From an uncultured Gemmatimonadales bacterium (GTDB taxonomy: Bacteria > Gemmatimonadota > Gemmatimonadetes > Gemmatimonadales > Gemmatimonadaceae): DNA of 64,000 nucleotides. The stretch lies in assembly GCA_963793305.1 (NCBI GenBank), contig CAWBZV010000002.1, positions 480,001-544,000 of the forward strand, read 5' to 3'. This document shows, in pieces, positions 20,947 to 32,200 of the stretch; positions within the stretch are counted from its first letter, which is position 1, and every line of letters begins with the position of its first letter. The translations under genes and the position numbers were made by a program. The notes below the pieces were generated by a model, which saw only the letters and a program-made list of their open reading frames with translations, had not been told where the DNA came from and did not search any database.

Positions 20947-21111
20947 GTGCGAAGGATGGGAATCGGATCGGAGGGCGACGACACCCGTCGTGGGGTTGTT
21001 ACACTCGGCCGTAGGTATAACAGCGGGACTGGCAGTCCCACGAGTGGCTTGGGTAATCTGGCAGATCGTCCCCGTCATTCGCGTCATCGTGATGATAAAT
21101 CGGCTATATCG

Positions 21112-21182
21112 TGCAAAATGCGCTCACTTTTGTGCACATTTTGCATTTTTTGATTGACACGGCCGCCGGCCAGTGTCATTAT
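21112..21182 (+). promoter_or_regulatory. Sigma70-type promoter of the APC permease with two inverted repeats
   Basis: TTGACA(21154)-17-CATTAT(21177); IR TGCAAAATGCGC/GCACATTTTGCA 21112-21145; IR TGACAC...GTGTCA 21155-21178. Confidence 0.65.
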
Positions 21183-21189
21183 GCCGATA

Positions 21190-22611
21190 ATGCCTGACCG
21201 CGATCCCGCCCAATCGCTCGGCCTGACCGGAGCGACCGTCAATGCCATGGCGCTGATAGCGCCAGGCGCTTTCCTGTGGATCACGTATCAGCTCCAGGCC
21301 GCCGCCACGGCCCCGGATGGCTCGTCGGTCGCCACCGACATGTGGCCCGGCATCCTGCTCGCGCTCGTGATCGCGCTGCTCAGTGCCGTGTCCTACGCGG
21401 AGTTGGCGCGAAAGTACCCTGAGGCTGGATTCGGCAGTTGCTACTACTTCGCCGGCCAGGCTCTCGTCGGCACCAAACGCTGGGCCAGGCTGGCGAAGCT
21501 GGCGACCGGTTGGGCGGCACACCTCTACTACTGGGTCTACCCGGGTACGATGGTCGCCTTCATGGCGACCCTGGTCGGCTACATCTACACCCAGGTGACC
21601 GGCGGGACGATGTCCACGCTGGCGCTCGTCCTGTTCTCCATCGCGTTCGCGCTCCTCGCCGGGTTCGTCGCCGTCCGCGGAATCACCGGGTCGACCCTCA
21701 CGTCGCTCGTCATCAACGTCGTGCAACTCGTGACGCTGGTCGGATTCTCGGTGCTGGCTTTTCTGTACCGCGCTACCCACACCGGAACCTGGGTGTTCCA
21801 GCATGCCGTGGATGTCGTCCGGCCGCACAGCATCCAGGGCGTGCTCATGCAGTCCACGCTGGCGATCCTCATTCTCGTCGGATTCGAGAGCTGCACGGCG
21901 TTCGCGGCCGAGACGCGGGATGCGCATCGCAACGTCCCGCGCGCGGTGATTCTGTCGCTCGTGATTCAAGGCGCGTTCGCCTATCTCCTCGAGTATTTCG
22001 CGGCGAACTATGTCCAGACGAACATGACGGCGGCCGCGGCATCCACGGCCCCATTGGGCGACCTCGCCATTCTCATCGGGAGTCGAGCCCTCATGCTCTC
22101 GATTGCCGTCACCGTGGTCCTCGCGCTCCTCGGCACGACGCTGTCCTGCATCAACACCGCCGCGCGGGTGAGCTATGCGATGGCCAAGGATCGCGAAATG
22201 CCCGAGCTCCTGGGGGCGCTCCACGGCCGATTCGCGTCGCCGGCCCGAGCCGTGTGGGCGCTCGTCGCGTTCTCATGCGTGATCGCCGCGATCGGTGTGC
22301 AATCGGTCATCGGACTGACCGGGATTACGCTGGCCTCGAACTTCGGGACGTTCGCCCTCTACGGGATGACGTGCCTGTGGACCTACATGGCGTTTGCGCG
22401 CGACGAGCAGCGACGGTTTGTCCGGCATATGCTCGTGCCGGTGCTGGGACTCGCCGCCAACGCCGCCATGCTGCTCGCGATTCTCTACTTCGCGGGAAAG
22501 GAGAAGTACATATGCTTCGGGATCGCTGGCGGGTGGGCGCTCGTGAGCATCGCGTACGTGAGCGTCACGAGCCTGCGCGACCGGCGTCCGCTGCTCCCGG
22601 AGGCCGGCTGA
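21190..22611 (+). CDS. APC family amino acid permease
   Basis: About 12 TM; YAELA..YPEAG, GFES...AAE..D..RNVPRA. Confidence 0.9.
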   Translation: MPDRDPAQSLGLTGATVNAMALIAPGAFLWITYQLQAAATAPDGSSVATDMWPGILLALVIALLSAVSYAELARKYPEAGFGSCYYFAGQALVGTKRWARLAKLATGWAAHLYYWVYPGTMVAFMATLVGYIYTQVTGGTMSTLALVLFSIAFALLAGFVAVRGITGSTLTSLVINVVQLVTLVGFSVLAFLYRATHTGTWVFQHAVDVVRPHSIQGVLMQSTLAILILVGFESCTAFAAETRDAHRNVPRAVILSLVIQGAFAYLLEYFAANYVQTNMTAAAASTAPLGDLAILIGSRALMLSIAVTVVLALLGTTLSCINTAARVSYAMAKDREMPELLGALHGRFASPARAVWALVAFSCVIAAIGVQSVIGLTGITLASNFGTFALYGMTCLWTYMAFARDEQRRFVRHMLVPVLGLAANAAMLLAILYFAGKEKYICFGIAGGWALVSIAYVSVTSLRDRRPLLPEAG

Positions 22612-23300
22612 CCGTCTCGTTCGCGGAATTGACGGATGTCGGGCACCGGCGGCAGGTCAACGACGATGCGATCGTGTCGGCGCCCGCTGCCGGCGGCCTG
22701 CTGTTCGCCGTCGCCGATGGGGTCAGTGGTCTGCCCGGCGCGCGCCGTGCGAGTCAGACCGCCTTGGGGAGCTTCATCGGCGCGCTGGCTGGGGTGGCTG
22801 GGCTGGCTGGGGTGGCTGACCGAAAACCGATTCATAAGCGCCTGCGCGCGGCGGCCCAGCAGGCGAACCTCGACGTGCACGATCAAGCGCGGGCGGATCC
22901 GGCGCTCCGCTCCATGCGCACGACGTTGACCGCGAGCGCCATCGTCGGCGACACGCTCGCCGCGGTGCACGTCGGTGACTGCCGACTCTACTTGCTGCGC
23001 CGCTCACGCCTCGAATGCTTGACGCGCGATCATCGGTCTGTCTGGCAGCACCACGTGCTCACCCGTTGCCTCGGCGCGGACCCCATCGTGCGCGTCGACG
23101 TCGTACGCAAGCGTCTGCAGTACGGCGACGTGGTCCTGCAGTGCAGCAATGGTCTCTACAATGCCGTCTCGGCGCCACGCATCGCCATGGTGCTCGCCTC
23201 CGAACCTCCAGCGGCCGCGTGTCACACGCTCGCCCGCCTCGCCCGCGCTGGCGTGGGTGGTGATGACGTCAGTGTCCAAGTCGCGCTGCTACATGCGTAA
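22608..23300 (+). CDS. PP2C/PPM Ser/Thr phosphatase (probable CTG start)
   Basis: TDVGHRRQVNDD, VADG, MRTTLT, HVGDCRLY, LTRDH, CS(N)GL, GDDVSV. Confidence 0.85.
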   Translation: MTVSFAELTDVGHRRQVNDDAIVSAPAAGGLLFAVADGVSGLPGARRASQTALGSFIGALAGVAGLAGVADRKPIHKRLRAAAQQANLDVHDQARADPALRSMRTTLTASAIVGDTLAAVHVGDCRLYLLRRSRLECLTRDHRSVWQHHVLTRCLGADPIVRVDVVRKRLQYGDVVLQCSNGLYNAVSAPRIAMVLASEPPAAACHTLARLARAGVGGDDVSVQVALLHA

Positions 23301-24267
23301 GAACCCATCCAATGATGGCCGCGCCGCCGAGCACGCTGAGTGAAATCATCGCTACCCGAAGCCACTCCGGCACATCCCAGCGTGCGCGCTGCCGCGGAGC
23401 GGCGTGCGCAAGGTGAATTGACTCGGGATTGGCGAGCAATTCCCGAAACACCGCCGCCGTTTGGATGCGATTCCGAGGATCCCGCTCCAGCGCCCGCATG
23501 ACGATGGTTTCAACGTCCACCGGAATGTCGCCCCGAATGCGGCGCAGAGGCTTGATGTGATCGTGCAACTTGGCCTGGATGGCCGCGTACACGTTCTCGC
23601 GAGGGAAGGGCACGACGCCGGTGAGCATCTCGTACAGAATGGCGCCCAGGCTGTAAACGTCCGTGCGGGCGTCGCCTCGGCGCCCTTTGATCTGCTCGGG
23701 CGCCATGTAGTCAGGCGTGCCCCCGGCGCCCGGAGAGAGAGCGGCCCATGTCATGCGACGCTGTGTCGTATCGAGCGCGATGCCGAAGTCCATGATTTTG
23801 ATGTGCCCATCGGGCCGCACCATGACGTTTTCCGGCTTGAGATCCCGATGCACAACGCCATTCGCATGCAAATACGCCAGGGCGTCGGCGATCTCCACGC
23901 CGAACGCCAGCGCCGTCTCGACCGGCAGACGCGGGGCGACCCGGATCTCGCCCTCGCGCTCCAGCACGTCGCGCAACCGGACGCCCTCGACGTACTCCAT
24001 CGCGAGATACACGCGACTCTTGTTCTGCGGGAACAAGACCTTGATGACCGCCGGATGGCTCAAGCGCTGCCCGATCTCCTCCTCACGCCGGAACCGCTCG
24101 TGAAAGACGACATCGCTCTCGAACTGGAGGTGCGGTACTTTGAGCACGACGGTTCGGCCGGTGCTCACGTCGCGCGCGCGGAAGATCGTCGCCATCCCGC
24201 TCCGGGCGATCACGTCGACGATCTGGTACTGGTCGAGCGTCTGGCCGCTCAGCAGTGTTTCCACCAC
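23269..24267 (-). CDS. Hanks-type Ser/Thr protein kinase with C-terminal TM
   Basis: SGMATIF, VLK, HRDLKPEN, DFG, GTPDYMAPEQ. Confidence 0.92.
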   Translation of the reverse strand: MVETLLSGQTLDQYQIVDVIARSGMATIFRARDVSTGRTVVLKVPHLQFESDVVFHERFRREEEIGQRLSHPAVIKVLFPQNKSRVYLAMEYVEGVRLRDVLEREGEIRVAPRLPVETALAFGVEIADALAYLHANGVVHRDLKPENVMVRPDGHIKIMDFGIALDTTQRRMTWAALSPGAGGTPDYMAPEQIKGRRGDARTDVYSLGAILYEMLTGVVPFPRENVYAAIQAKLHDHIKPLRRIRGDIPVDVETIVMRALERDPRNRIQTAAVFRELLANPESIHLAHAAPRQRARWDVPEWLRVAMISLSVLGGAAIIGWVLTHVAARLGH

Positions 24268-24300
24268 GGCGTACGATATTATGCAGCCTGAGAGAACGCT

Positions 24301-25621
24301 ATGACTGAGCGTGGGCCTGATGCGGCGGCGACCCTGCGCGAGCTCGAAGCGCAGGGCGTTCGCTTTCTGCTCTTGCAATTCACCGATCTGCTCGGCGTGA
24401 ACAAAGCCGTCGAGCTGCCGCTCGCGCAGGCGCCGAAGGCGCTCGCCGAGGGCGTCCTCTTCGATGGATCCGCGCTGGAAGGGTTCGCGCGGACCGAGGA
24501 GGCGGACGCGCTCCTCGTGCCGGATCTCGCCACGTTTCGCGTGTTCCCCTGGACCGAGCCGCCCGAACGTCATGGCCCGGCTCATCTGCGACATCCGGTA
24601 TCCGGATGGCCGGTCATTCGAGGGCTGCCCGCGCACCGCGCTCAAGCGACAAATCGAGTCCGCCGGCCGGCTCGGCTATGCACCACTCGTTAGCGCCGAG
24701 GTGGAGTTCTTTCTGTTCGAGCAAGGCACGGAGACGCGGGACGCCGGGAGCTACTTCGACCTCGGTGGCATCGACGAGGGCGAACGGACCCGGCGCACGA
24801 TATCCGGCATCATCGAGGACATGAAGCTCGGGCCGGCCGCGTCGCACCACGAGGTTGGACGTGGCCAACATGAAATCGACTTAGGTCTGACTGATCCGCT
24901 CTCGCTGGCCGACAATATCGTCACGCTGCGGTTCGTCCTGCGCAGCATTGCGCGTCGGTCGGGACTCATTGCCACCGTGATGCCAAAGCCCACATACGGT
25001 CGGAGTGGCTCGGGCATGCACACGCATCAGACGCTCATGTCGAAGGGGAAGAATGCGTTCTTCGACCCAAAGGGCCCGGAGAAATTATCAGACACCAGCC
25101 GGCGCTATATCGCCGGTCTCTTGCGCCACGCCCGCGGCTATAGCGCCGTCACGAACCCGCTCGTGAACTCGTACAAGCGGCTCGTCGGTGGCTTCGAGGC
25201 TCCAGTGGATGTGTCGTGGTCGACACAAAATGTGTCCCCGCTGATCAGAGTTCCCGCCGAACGCGGCGACGCCACGCGCTGCGAGAACCGCCTGCCGGAT
25301 CCCGCCGCCAATCCTTACCTCGCGCTCCTCGTGCAGCTCGCCGCTGGCCTCAATGGCATCACCGAGAAGCTCGATCCGGGAGATCCGATCAACAAGAACA
25401 TCGCGCGCATGTCATATCGTGAGCGCCGCCGCTACCGGATCGACCAGCTGCCGCGCGATCTGCACGAAGCGCTCGACTATCTGGAGAAGGACCGCGTCAT
25501 TCGCGATGCACTCGGCGAGCATATCTACGAGCGCTACCTCGAGGCGAAGCACGAGGAGTGGTCGGAGTACATCGAACACGTCAGCGCGTGGGAGATCGAC
25601 CGCTACCTGGGCCGCTACTAG
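24301..25621 (+). CDS. glnA: Glutamine synthetase family protein (frameshift ~24567)
   Basis: FDGS, EVEFFLF, HHEV..GQHEI, MPKP..G.SGSGMHTH, NSYKRL, RVP, ENRLPD..ANPYL. Confidence 0.88.
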
Positions 25622-28056
25622 GGCGATTTTACGTGCACCTTGGCCGTCCCTTTCTTGCTCTCGACGGTCGCGGTGATGGTCACGAACCCGGTATCGCTCG
25701 CGGGCTGGACGAGACCCATCGGCGAAACCGTCGCGATCGCGGTGTCGCTGGAGGCCCAAGTCACCGTGCGTCCGAGGAGCGTGTCCCCCTGCGCATCCTT
25801 CACGGTGTCCGTGAGCTGAACATGCTGACCCTTCTTCGTCGTTATCGTTGAGCTGTCGGGATCGACAATGACCGTCGCCACGGGCGCGAGCTTCACGGTG
25901 ACGGCGGCGCCGCCCGTCACACCCTGACTCGACGCGAACGCGGAGTCGCTGCCCGGCGCCACGCCGGTCACGATCCCGGTTTGAGCGACGCGCGCGATCG
26001 AGCCACCGGACTTGGTCGTCCAGGTGAACGTGACGCCGGAGATCGGATGATCATTGACGTCGAACGCCTGCGCCGTGACCTGTTGCGTGGCGTGCGTGTT
26101 CAGCGTGAACTGGTTTGGCGACAGCACGATGTGATTGATGGCGCTCGACACCGTGACCTTCGCGCTGCCATGGACGTTGTTCGACGACGTCGCGGTCACC
26201 GTCACGGGACCACCGGTCGCGATACCGGTCACGGTCGCCGTATCGAGCTGCGAGCTCGGGTCAACGCCACCAGTGCTGACCGTCGCGGTGCCAGTCGCGC
26301 CCGACGACCACGTGACCGCGCGTCCATAGAGGACATTCCCGCTGCCATCTTTCGACGTCGCCGTCACGACGCTCGTGCCTCCGACCGCGATGGTCGACGA
26401 TCCGATCGACACGGTCACGGACGCGACTGGCGCTTGGATCACAACGGTCGTATTCGTGTCGGCCTTTGTGCCGCTCTGGGCGATGATCTGCGCCGTGCCC
26501 GCGGTGACCCCTTGGATGAGCCCAGTGCTCGTCACCGTCGCGACACCATTGCTCGTCGACGACCAGGTGACGGTCGGATTGTTGATGGGATGCCCCAGCG
26601 AATCGATCACCGTCACGCTCAGCTGCTTTTGCGCGCCCACCGTAATCGTGTCTCGCCTCGGCGAAATCGTGACCGAGCCGACGGGCACTTGGAGCACGGT
26701 GACGGTGGCGAGTCCCGTCTGACCACCACTCGTGGCGCTGATCACGGTACTGCCGACGCCCACCGACTTCACGAGGCCAGTGGCCGATACCGTCGCGATG
26801 CTCGTGCTGAGCGACGTCCACGTGACGGTGCGTCCGGAGAGCACGTTGCCCGCGGTGTCTTTCACCGTCGCCGCGAGTTGCACCGTGCCACCGAGCGTCA
26901 CGCTCGCGCTCGGCGGCGTGATGGTCACGGAGCCTACCGGGACCTGCGCGACATTGATGGTGGCTGATCCCGTCTTGCCACCGCTCGTGCCAGTGATAGT
27001 CGCTTGTCCGGCGCTGACGGCGGTCACGGTCGCCGTAAGCGGTCCCGTTGCCGCAACCGTCGCGACACCGGGGGCGTTGCTCGAGAACGTCACCGTCGCA
27101 CCCGGAATCGGACTACCCGTGTTATCCGTCACTTCGGCCGTTAACGTCACCGTTTGGCCAACGAGCAGGTTGGATGACTGTGGCGAGATGGCCACGGCGT
27201 TGATGGGCACTGCCTGCACGGTGAGCGTCGTCGTGGCCGACACGCCTTCGGACGTGGCGGTGATCGTGACCGACCCGGCTTTGAGGCCAGTCGCGATGCC
27301 GCTCTGATTGATCTTCGCCGTCGTCGTATCGGATGAGGCCCAGGTGATGACGCGGCCGGTCAATGGGTCTCCGACCGAGTCTTCGGGCGTCGCGAGGAGC
27401 TGTGTGGTCTGGCCGACGATCACCGTTGGATTCTTCGGGGTGATCACGATTTTCGCGACGGGCACGGCCGTGACTGTCACCGCGGCATTCGCGCTGACCG
27501 AACCCGACGCGACGGTGATCGTCAGCGAGCCCTGTTTCTTCGCGATGACGAGCCCGGCCTGATCGACGGTCGCCACCGTCGTGTCACTGCTGGACCACAT
27601 GACCGCGCGGCCGGTCAGTACGTGGCCAGCCGCATCTTTCGTCGTGTCCGTGAACTGAAACGTGGCGCCGATACGGAGCGTGACCGTCGTCGGCGCAATG
27701 ACGATCGATGCCACCGGCACGCCGACGACGGTGACGCGGGCGGGTTGCCTCGGTGACACGCCCGCGTAGCTGGCATCGATGGTCGCCGTGCCGGCCGCGA
27801 CGGCTTTGACCGTGCCTTGCTGATCGACCGTGGCAATTGACGGGTCGCTCGTGGACCAAAAGAGCGTGACGCCGCTGATGGACGCGCCGCTGGCGGTCAC
27901 GGGCTGCGCCTGAATGGTCGCCGAGTCGCCGACGGCGACCGTCAGCGTGTCCGGCGTCATGACGATATCGGCTACGCCATGCGCATTCGGGCCGGTCGTG
28001 CTCGAGGAGCACGCCGCCAGGATGAGGGCGTAGGCACAGCGACGAGGTATCGCCAT
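25618..28056 (-). CDS. Lipoprotein with 9 tandem Ig-like (Big_2) domains
   Basis: LAAC lipobox; repeated W.SS...ATV...G.V....G.A.ITA units. Confidence 0.88.
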   Translation of the reverse strand: MAIPRRCAYALILAACSSSTTGPNAHGVADIVMTPDTLTVAVGDSATIQAQPVTASGASISGVTLFWSTSDPSIATVDQQGTVKAVAAGTATIDASYAGVSPRQPARVTVVGVPVASIVIAPTTVTLRIGATFQFTDTTKDAAGHVLTGRAVMWSSSDTTVATVDQAGLVIAKKQGSLTITVASGSVSANAAVTVTAVPVAKIVITPKNPTVIVGQTTQLLATPEDSVGDPLTGRVITWASSDTTTAKINQSGIATGLKAGSVTITATSEGVSATTTLTVQAVPINAVAISPQSSNLLVGQTVTLTAEVTDNTGSPIPGATVTFSSNAPGVATVAATGPLTATVTAVSAGQATITGTSGGKTGSATINVAQVPVGSVTITPPSASVTLGGTVQLAATVKDTAGNVLSGRTVTWTSLSTSIATVSATGLVKSVGVGSTVISATSGGQTGLATVTVLQVPVGSVTISPRRDTITVGAQKQLSVTVIDSLGHPINNPTVTWSSTSNGVATVTSTGLIQGVTAGTAQIIAQSGTKADTNTTVVIQAPVASVTVSIGSSTIAVGGTSVVTATSKDGSGNVLYGRAVTWSSGATGTATVSTGGVDPSSQLDTATVTGIATGGPVTVTATSSNNVHGSAKVTVSSAINHIVLSPNQFTLNTHATQQVTAQAFDVNDHPISGVTFTWTTKSGGSIARVAQTGIVTGVAPGSDSAFASSQGVTGGAAVTVKLAPVATVIVDPDSSTITTKKGQHVQLTDTVKDAQGDTLLGRTVTWASSDTAIATVSPMGLVQPASDTGFVTITATVESKKGTAKVHVKSP

Positions 28057-28086
28057 GCCCTGCTGACGTGCAGAAGTGATGCCGTG

Positions 28087-29208
28087 TTAGCGGAACTCGA
28101 GCCCGAGTCCGATGCCCACTTGCCCGTGGCTGGCAACGACGGTTGGCACGCTGAAACGCGGGGGAAGGGAACCGGATGTCGTCGTAGCCGTTGTGTCGGT
28201 GAGGCGGGAGAGTCCACTGGACCGGTTATGGGCGACAATGGCGGCCTCAATTGCCCCTAACAGCGTCACGCCGGCCGCCGCCCCGATCCCCGCCGCCAGA
28301 TTCTTCTGCTCGCTCGTCTGGAAAGTCTGTGTGTACGGGTGTCCGTTCCTGTCCGTGAAAGTCGCTGTCTTGGTGACCGTCTGGGACTGTACCCCCCAGA
28401 CCACTGCGCCCGCCGCAGCGCCGGTCACCAGGACGCCAAGTACGGGTTGGTGCGTGTAGTACTGGCCGCCCCCGGGGATCAGGCCCACCCAGAACGCCAC
28501 CGTGGCGCTCGGCAACTCGCGGCGGAGGGCGAGTTGGCGCTGGTGCACGGCGTCGCTATCACTCGCGGCGGGCGTCAAGCGAAGATATTGGTCGAAGTCG
28601 CGAATGGCCGCGGGTTGGTGGTGTTGGTGCGCGAGAGCGAGCGCACGATCGTAGAACGCGGGCGCGAAGCCAGGGGCCGCGCTAACCACCTCGGTGAACG
28701 CCTGCACCGCGTCACCCCAATTTGACCCGTCGTACGCCGCGACGCCTGCGCGAAAACGCTCGACCATCGTCGTGCCCCGGCTCAAGTCGGGACCTGGCAA
28801 GATCGCCGTCAGCTTGTCGCGAATCTGCCCGGCGTCGCTAGCGCCTGGCGACAAGAACAAGTAGCGACAGTACTCGCGGATAGCGGCCGGCTTGTCGCCC
28901 ATCTCCGCGTCCTCGCGACCGAGCCGGTTGGCGAGACCGGCATCGACTTGGTTGAGCAGCGCCGCTTGCTGAAACAAATCGCGCGCCGACTTGTGATCGC
29001 CCTCGAGGGCCGCTTCGGCACCGAGGGTGGCGAGGCGGTTGGCTTCGTCGACCTGGGCGCGGACGGGGGATATCGGTGCGGGGAACGCCGGGCACGCGAC
29101 GACGGTCGCCGCCGGCAGTGTGCGCTTGAGCGGCAGCTCCTGCGCCGAGATCGACGCGAGCGGCACTCCGATCACGAGGCCGCACCAGAGAACAGTCGCG
29201 CGTCTCAT
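28087..29208 (-). CDS. Secreted TPR protein with hydrophobic C-terminal domain (paralog A)
   Basis: Signal peptide, TPR helices, GLIPGGGQYY, ends GIGLGLEFR. Confidence 0.8.
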   Translation of the reverse strand: MRRATVLWCGLVIGVPLASISAQELPLKRTLPAATVVACPAFPAPISPVRAQVDEANRLATLGAEAALEGDHKSARDLFQQAALLNQVDAGLANRLGREDAEMGDKPAAIREYCRYLFLSPGASDAGQIRDKLTAILPGPDLSRGTTMVERFRAGVAAYDGSNWGDAVQAFTEVVSAAPGFAPAFYDRALALAHQHHQPAAIRDFDQYLRLTPAASDSDAVHQRQLALRRELPSATVAFWVGLIPGGGQYYTHQPVLGVLVTGAAAGAVVWGVQSQTVTKTATFTDRNGHPYTQTFQTSEQKNLAAGIGAAAGVTLLGAIEAAIVAHNRSSGLSRLTDTTATTTSGSLPPRFSVPTVVASHGQVGIGLGLEFR

Positions 29209-32200
29209 GGCAGCACCGTGATGACAGTCGTGCCCACCATGCCATCACTCGATGTCGCGGTGATCGTCACCGTCAAGCTATTGTTGGCTATCGCCGTCAA
29301 GGTGACTGGTGTCGTCGCAAGAACGGGTCCGGCGGTGCTGATCGTGACGCTCGTCGGGTCCGACGTAGCCCACGTGACCATTCGCTGGCTCGAGACATCG
29401 GTGCCGAACGAATCGATCAATTGCGCGGTCACGGTCGTGGTAGTCGGCTGAATGGATCCACTCACGCTCAAGATCGTCGTGCCCGGATTGACGTTCACCG
29501 TCTGGATGTGACCGAGGACGACAACGGTAGCGGTCCCGGTCGCGGTTCCCCCCGGTGGGCTCGTCGCGGTGATCGTAGCGGTACCTGCCGCGGTACCGGT
29601 CGGCGTGACAACTCCGGTCCCGCTCACGGTTGCGACCGCCGTGTTGTTGTTGGACCACGCAACCGGAACGCCGGCTGGCGTCGTCGTCGCCGTAAGATTG
29701 ACGGGTCCGGCGTTCGGCGATGTCGCGTAGATCGTATCCGGCGACGGCGTCACCGAAACGTTGGTCACCGTCGGATACACGACGTGTACGGTCGCCGTAC
29801 CATTTGCGCTGCCGCTCGTCGCCGTGATGGTGACCATGCCGGTATCCGGGCTCGCGGTCCCGGGTTGCACGAGACCGGTGGCCGACACCGTCGCGATCGT
29901 ATTGTCGCTCGACTTCCACGTGACCGTACGATTGAGAAGCGTATCGCCGGCCGCGTCTTTGACCGTGTCTCCCAACGGCAGGGACGAGTTGTTCGGCATG
30001 GTCGAGCTGGCCGGTACTATGATGACCGTCGCCGCCGGAACCTGATTGACGGTAACGGTGGCGCTCCCAGTCACGCCCTGCGCGGAAGCATAGACCGAGT
30101 CATTACCGGGACCGACGCCGCTCACATTGCCGTTCGCATCGACAGCCGCGATGGTACCGCCAGACTTCGTCGTCCACGTGAATACGACGCCCGAGATCGG
30201 GCCACCACTGACCGGGAAGGCTTGCGCGGTGACTTGCCGCGTGCTGTGTGTATTGATGGTGAATTGGTTCGGGGTCAGCTGGATGTGATTGATCGCCGTC
30301 GCCACGGTCACCTGCGCGCTGCCTTGGACGTTGTTCGACGACGTTGCCGTGATCGACACGGGGCCGCCGATCGCGACGCCGGTCACCGTCGCGGTGTCGA
30401 GCTGCGTCGTAGGATCGACGCCTCCGGCGCTGACGCTCGCGGTGCCGGTCCCGCCAGAGGACCATACGACGGTCCGTCCGGGCAAGACATTGCTATTGCC
30501 GTCCTTTGACGTCGCCGTCACGATCGTCGTGCCTCCGACCGCGATCGTTGACGATCCGATCGACACGTTCACGGTCGCGACCGTTGCCGGGACGACGAGC
30601 GTCGTGTTCGTATCCGCCTTGCCGCCGCTCGCGGCGATGATCTGCGCGGTGCCCGTCGCCACGCCTTGCACGAGCCCTGTGCTCGACACGATGGCGATGC
30701 CGGGGGTCGGCGAGCTCCACGTGACTGCCGGGTTCGTGATCGTATGCCCGTTCGCGTCGACGACCGTCGCGGTGAGTTGCTTCTGTGCGCCAATGCTAAC
30801 CGTGTCGTTCTGCGGCGAGATCGTCACCGAGCCGACCGGCACCTGATTGACGGTGACCTCGGCCAAGCCCTGACTGCCACCGCTCGTGGCCTTGATGACC
30901 GCCGTGCCGACGTTGACGGACGTCACGAGTCCCGTTGCGGAGACCGTGGCGACGCCGGTGTTCAACGATTGCCACGTCACCGTGCGGCCCGTGAGCGTGT
31001 TGCCGGCGGAATCCTTGAGGGTCGCTGTGAGTTGAACGGTGCCGCCGAGCGTGACCGTGTCAGTGGTCGGCGTCACCGTCACCGATGCGACAGGGACGAT
31101 CGCGACATTGATCGTCGCGGTTCCGGATTTCGTGCCGCTCGTGCCGGTAATCGTAGCCTGTCCCGATCCGATGGCCGTAACCGTCGCGGTCAACGGGCCG
31201 GTTGCCGTCACCGTCGCCACCCCGGTAGCACCGCTGGAAAACGTGACGGTGGATCCGGCGATCGGATTCCCCGAGTTGTCCGTGACTTCGGCGGTCAGGG
31301 TCTGTTGCTGCCCGACGAGCAGGTTCGACGACTGCGGTGAGATGACGACCGCGTTGATCGGCACTGCCTGCACGGTAAATGGGACCGAAGCGGTCGCGCT
31401 GCCACTCGTGGCCGTGATCGTATCGACGCCGACCTTGACGCCGGTCACCACGCCGTTCGCGTCAACGGTCGAGACGGCGGCATTCGACGACGACCAGGTG
31501 ATCACGCGGCCCGTGAGCACGTTGCCGACCGAGTCCTCGGTGGTCGCCGACAGCTGCGTCGAGTCGTGGACGATCACCGAGGGGCTCGACGGCGCGATCA
31601 GGATCTTCTTGACTGGGACGAGACTGACCGTCACGCTGCCGGTGCCGCTGGCCTTCCCGGAGGACGCGGTGATCGTCACGGTGCCGAGGGCTTTGGCGAG
31701 CACGAGGCCAGCCTGGTCGACGGGGGCGATCGTGGTGTCACTGCTCGACCACACCACCGTGCGGCCGGTGAGGACATTGCCGGACGCGTCCTTCGTGGTA
31801 TCGGTAAACTGGAACGCGTCGCCGACGCGCATCGTGACCGAGGATGGGGCGACGATGACCTTCGCGACCGGTACGGAGACGACGACGACCCGCGCCGGGT
31901 GCGTGGGAGAAACGCCCGCGGTGCTGGCGTCGATGTTGACGGCGCCGACGGCAACGCCCGTGACTTTGCCGCCCTGGGTGACCGTCGCGATCGTGGGGTC
32001 ACTGGTCGACCAGAACAGCGTCTGGCCAGTGACGTGTGACCCGCTGGCGGTCACGGGTTGCGCCTGGACCGTCGCCGTGTCGCCGATCGCGAGGTTCAAT
32101 GTATCGGGGGTCATCACAATGTCCGTGATGCCCTGGGAATTCGGGCCGGTCGCCTCGTGGGAACAGGCGACGGCAATCCCGATGGCAATGATGGCGACTG

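Noticed and set aside
22784..22819. 18-bp tandem duplication in PP2C (LAGVAG/LAGVAD)
   Set aside because: In-frame, two copies only, in a variable region; no evidence of function.
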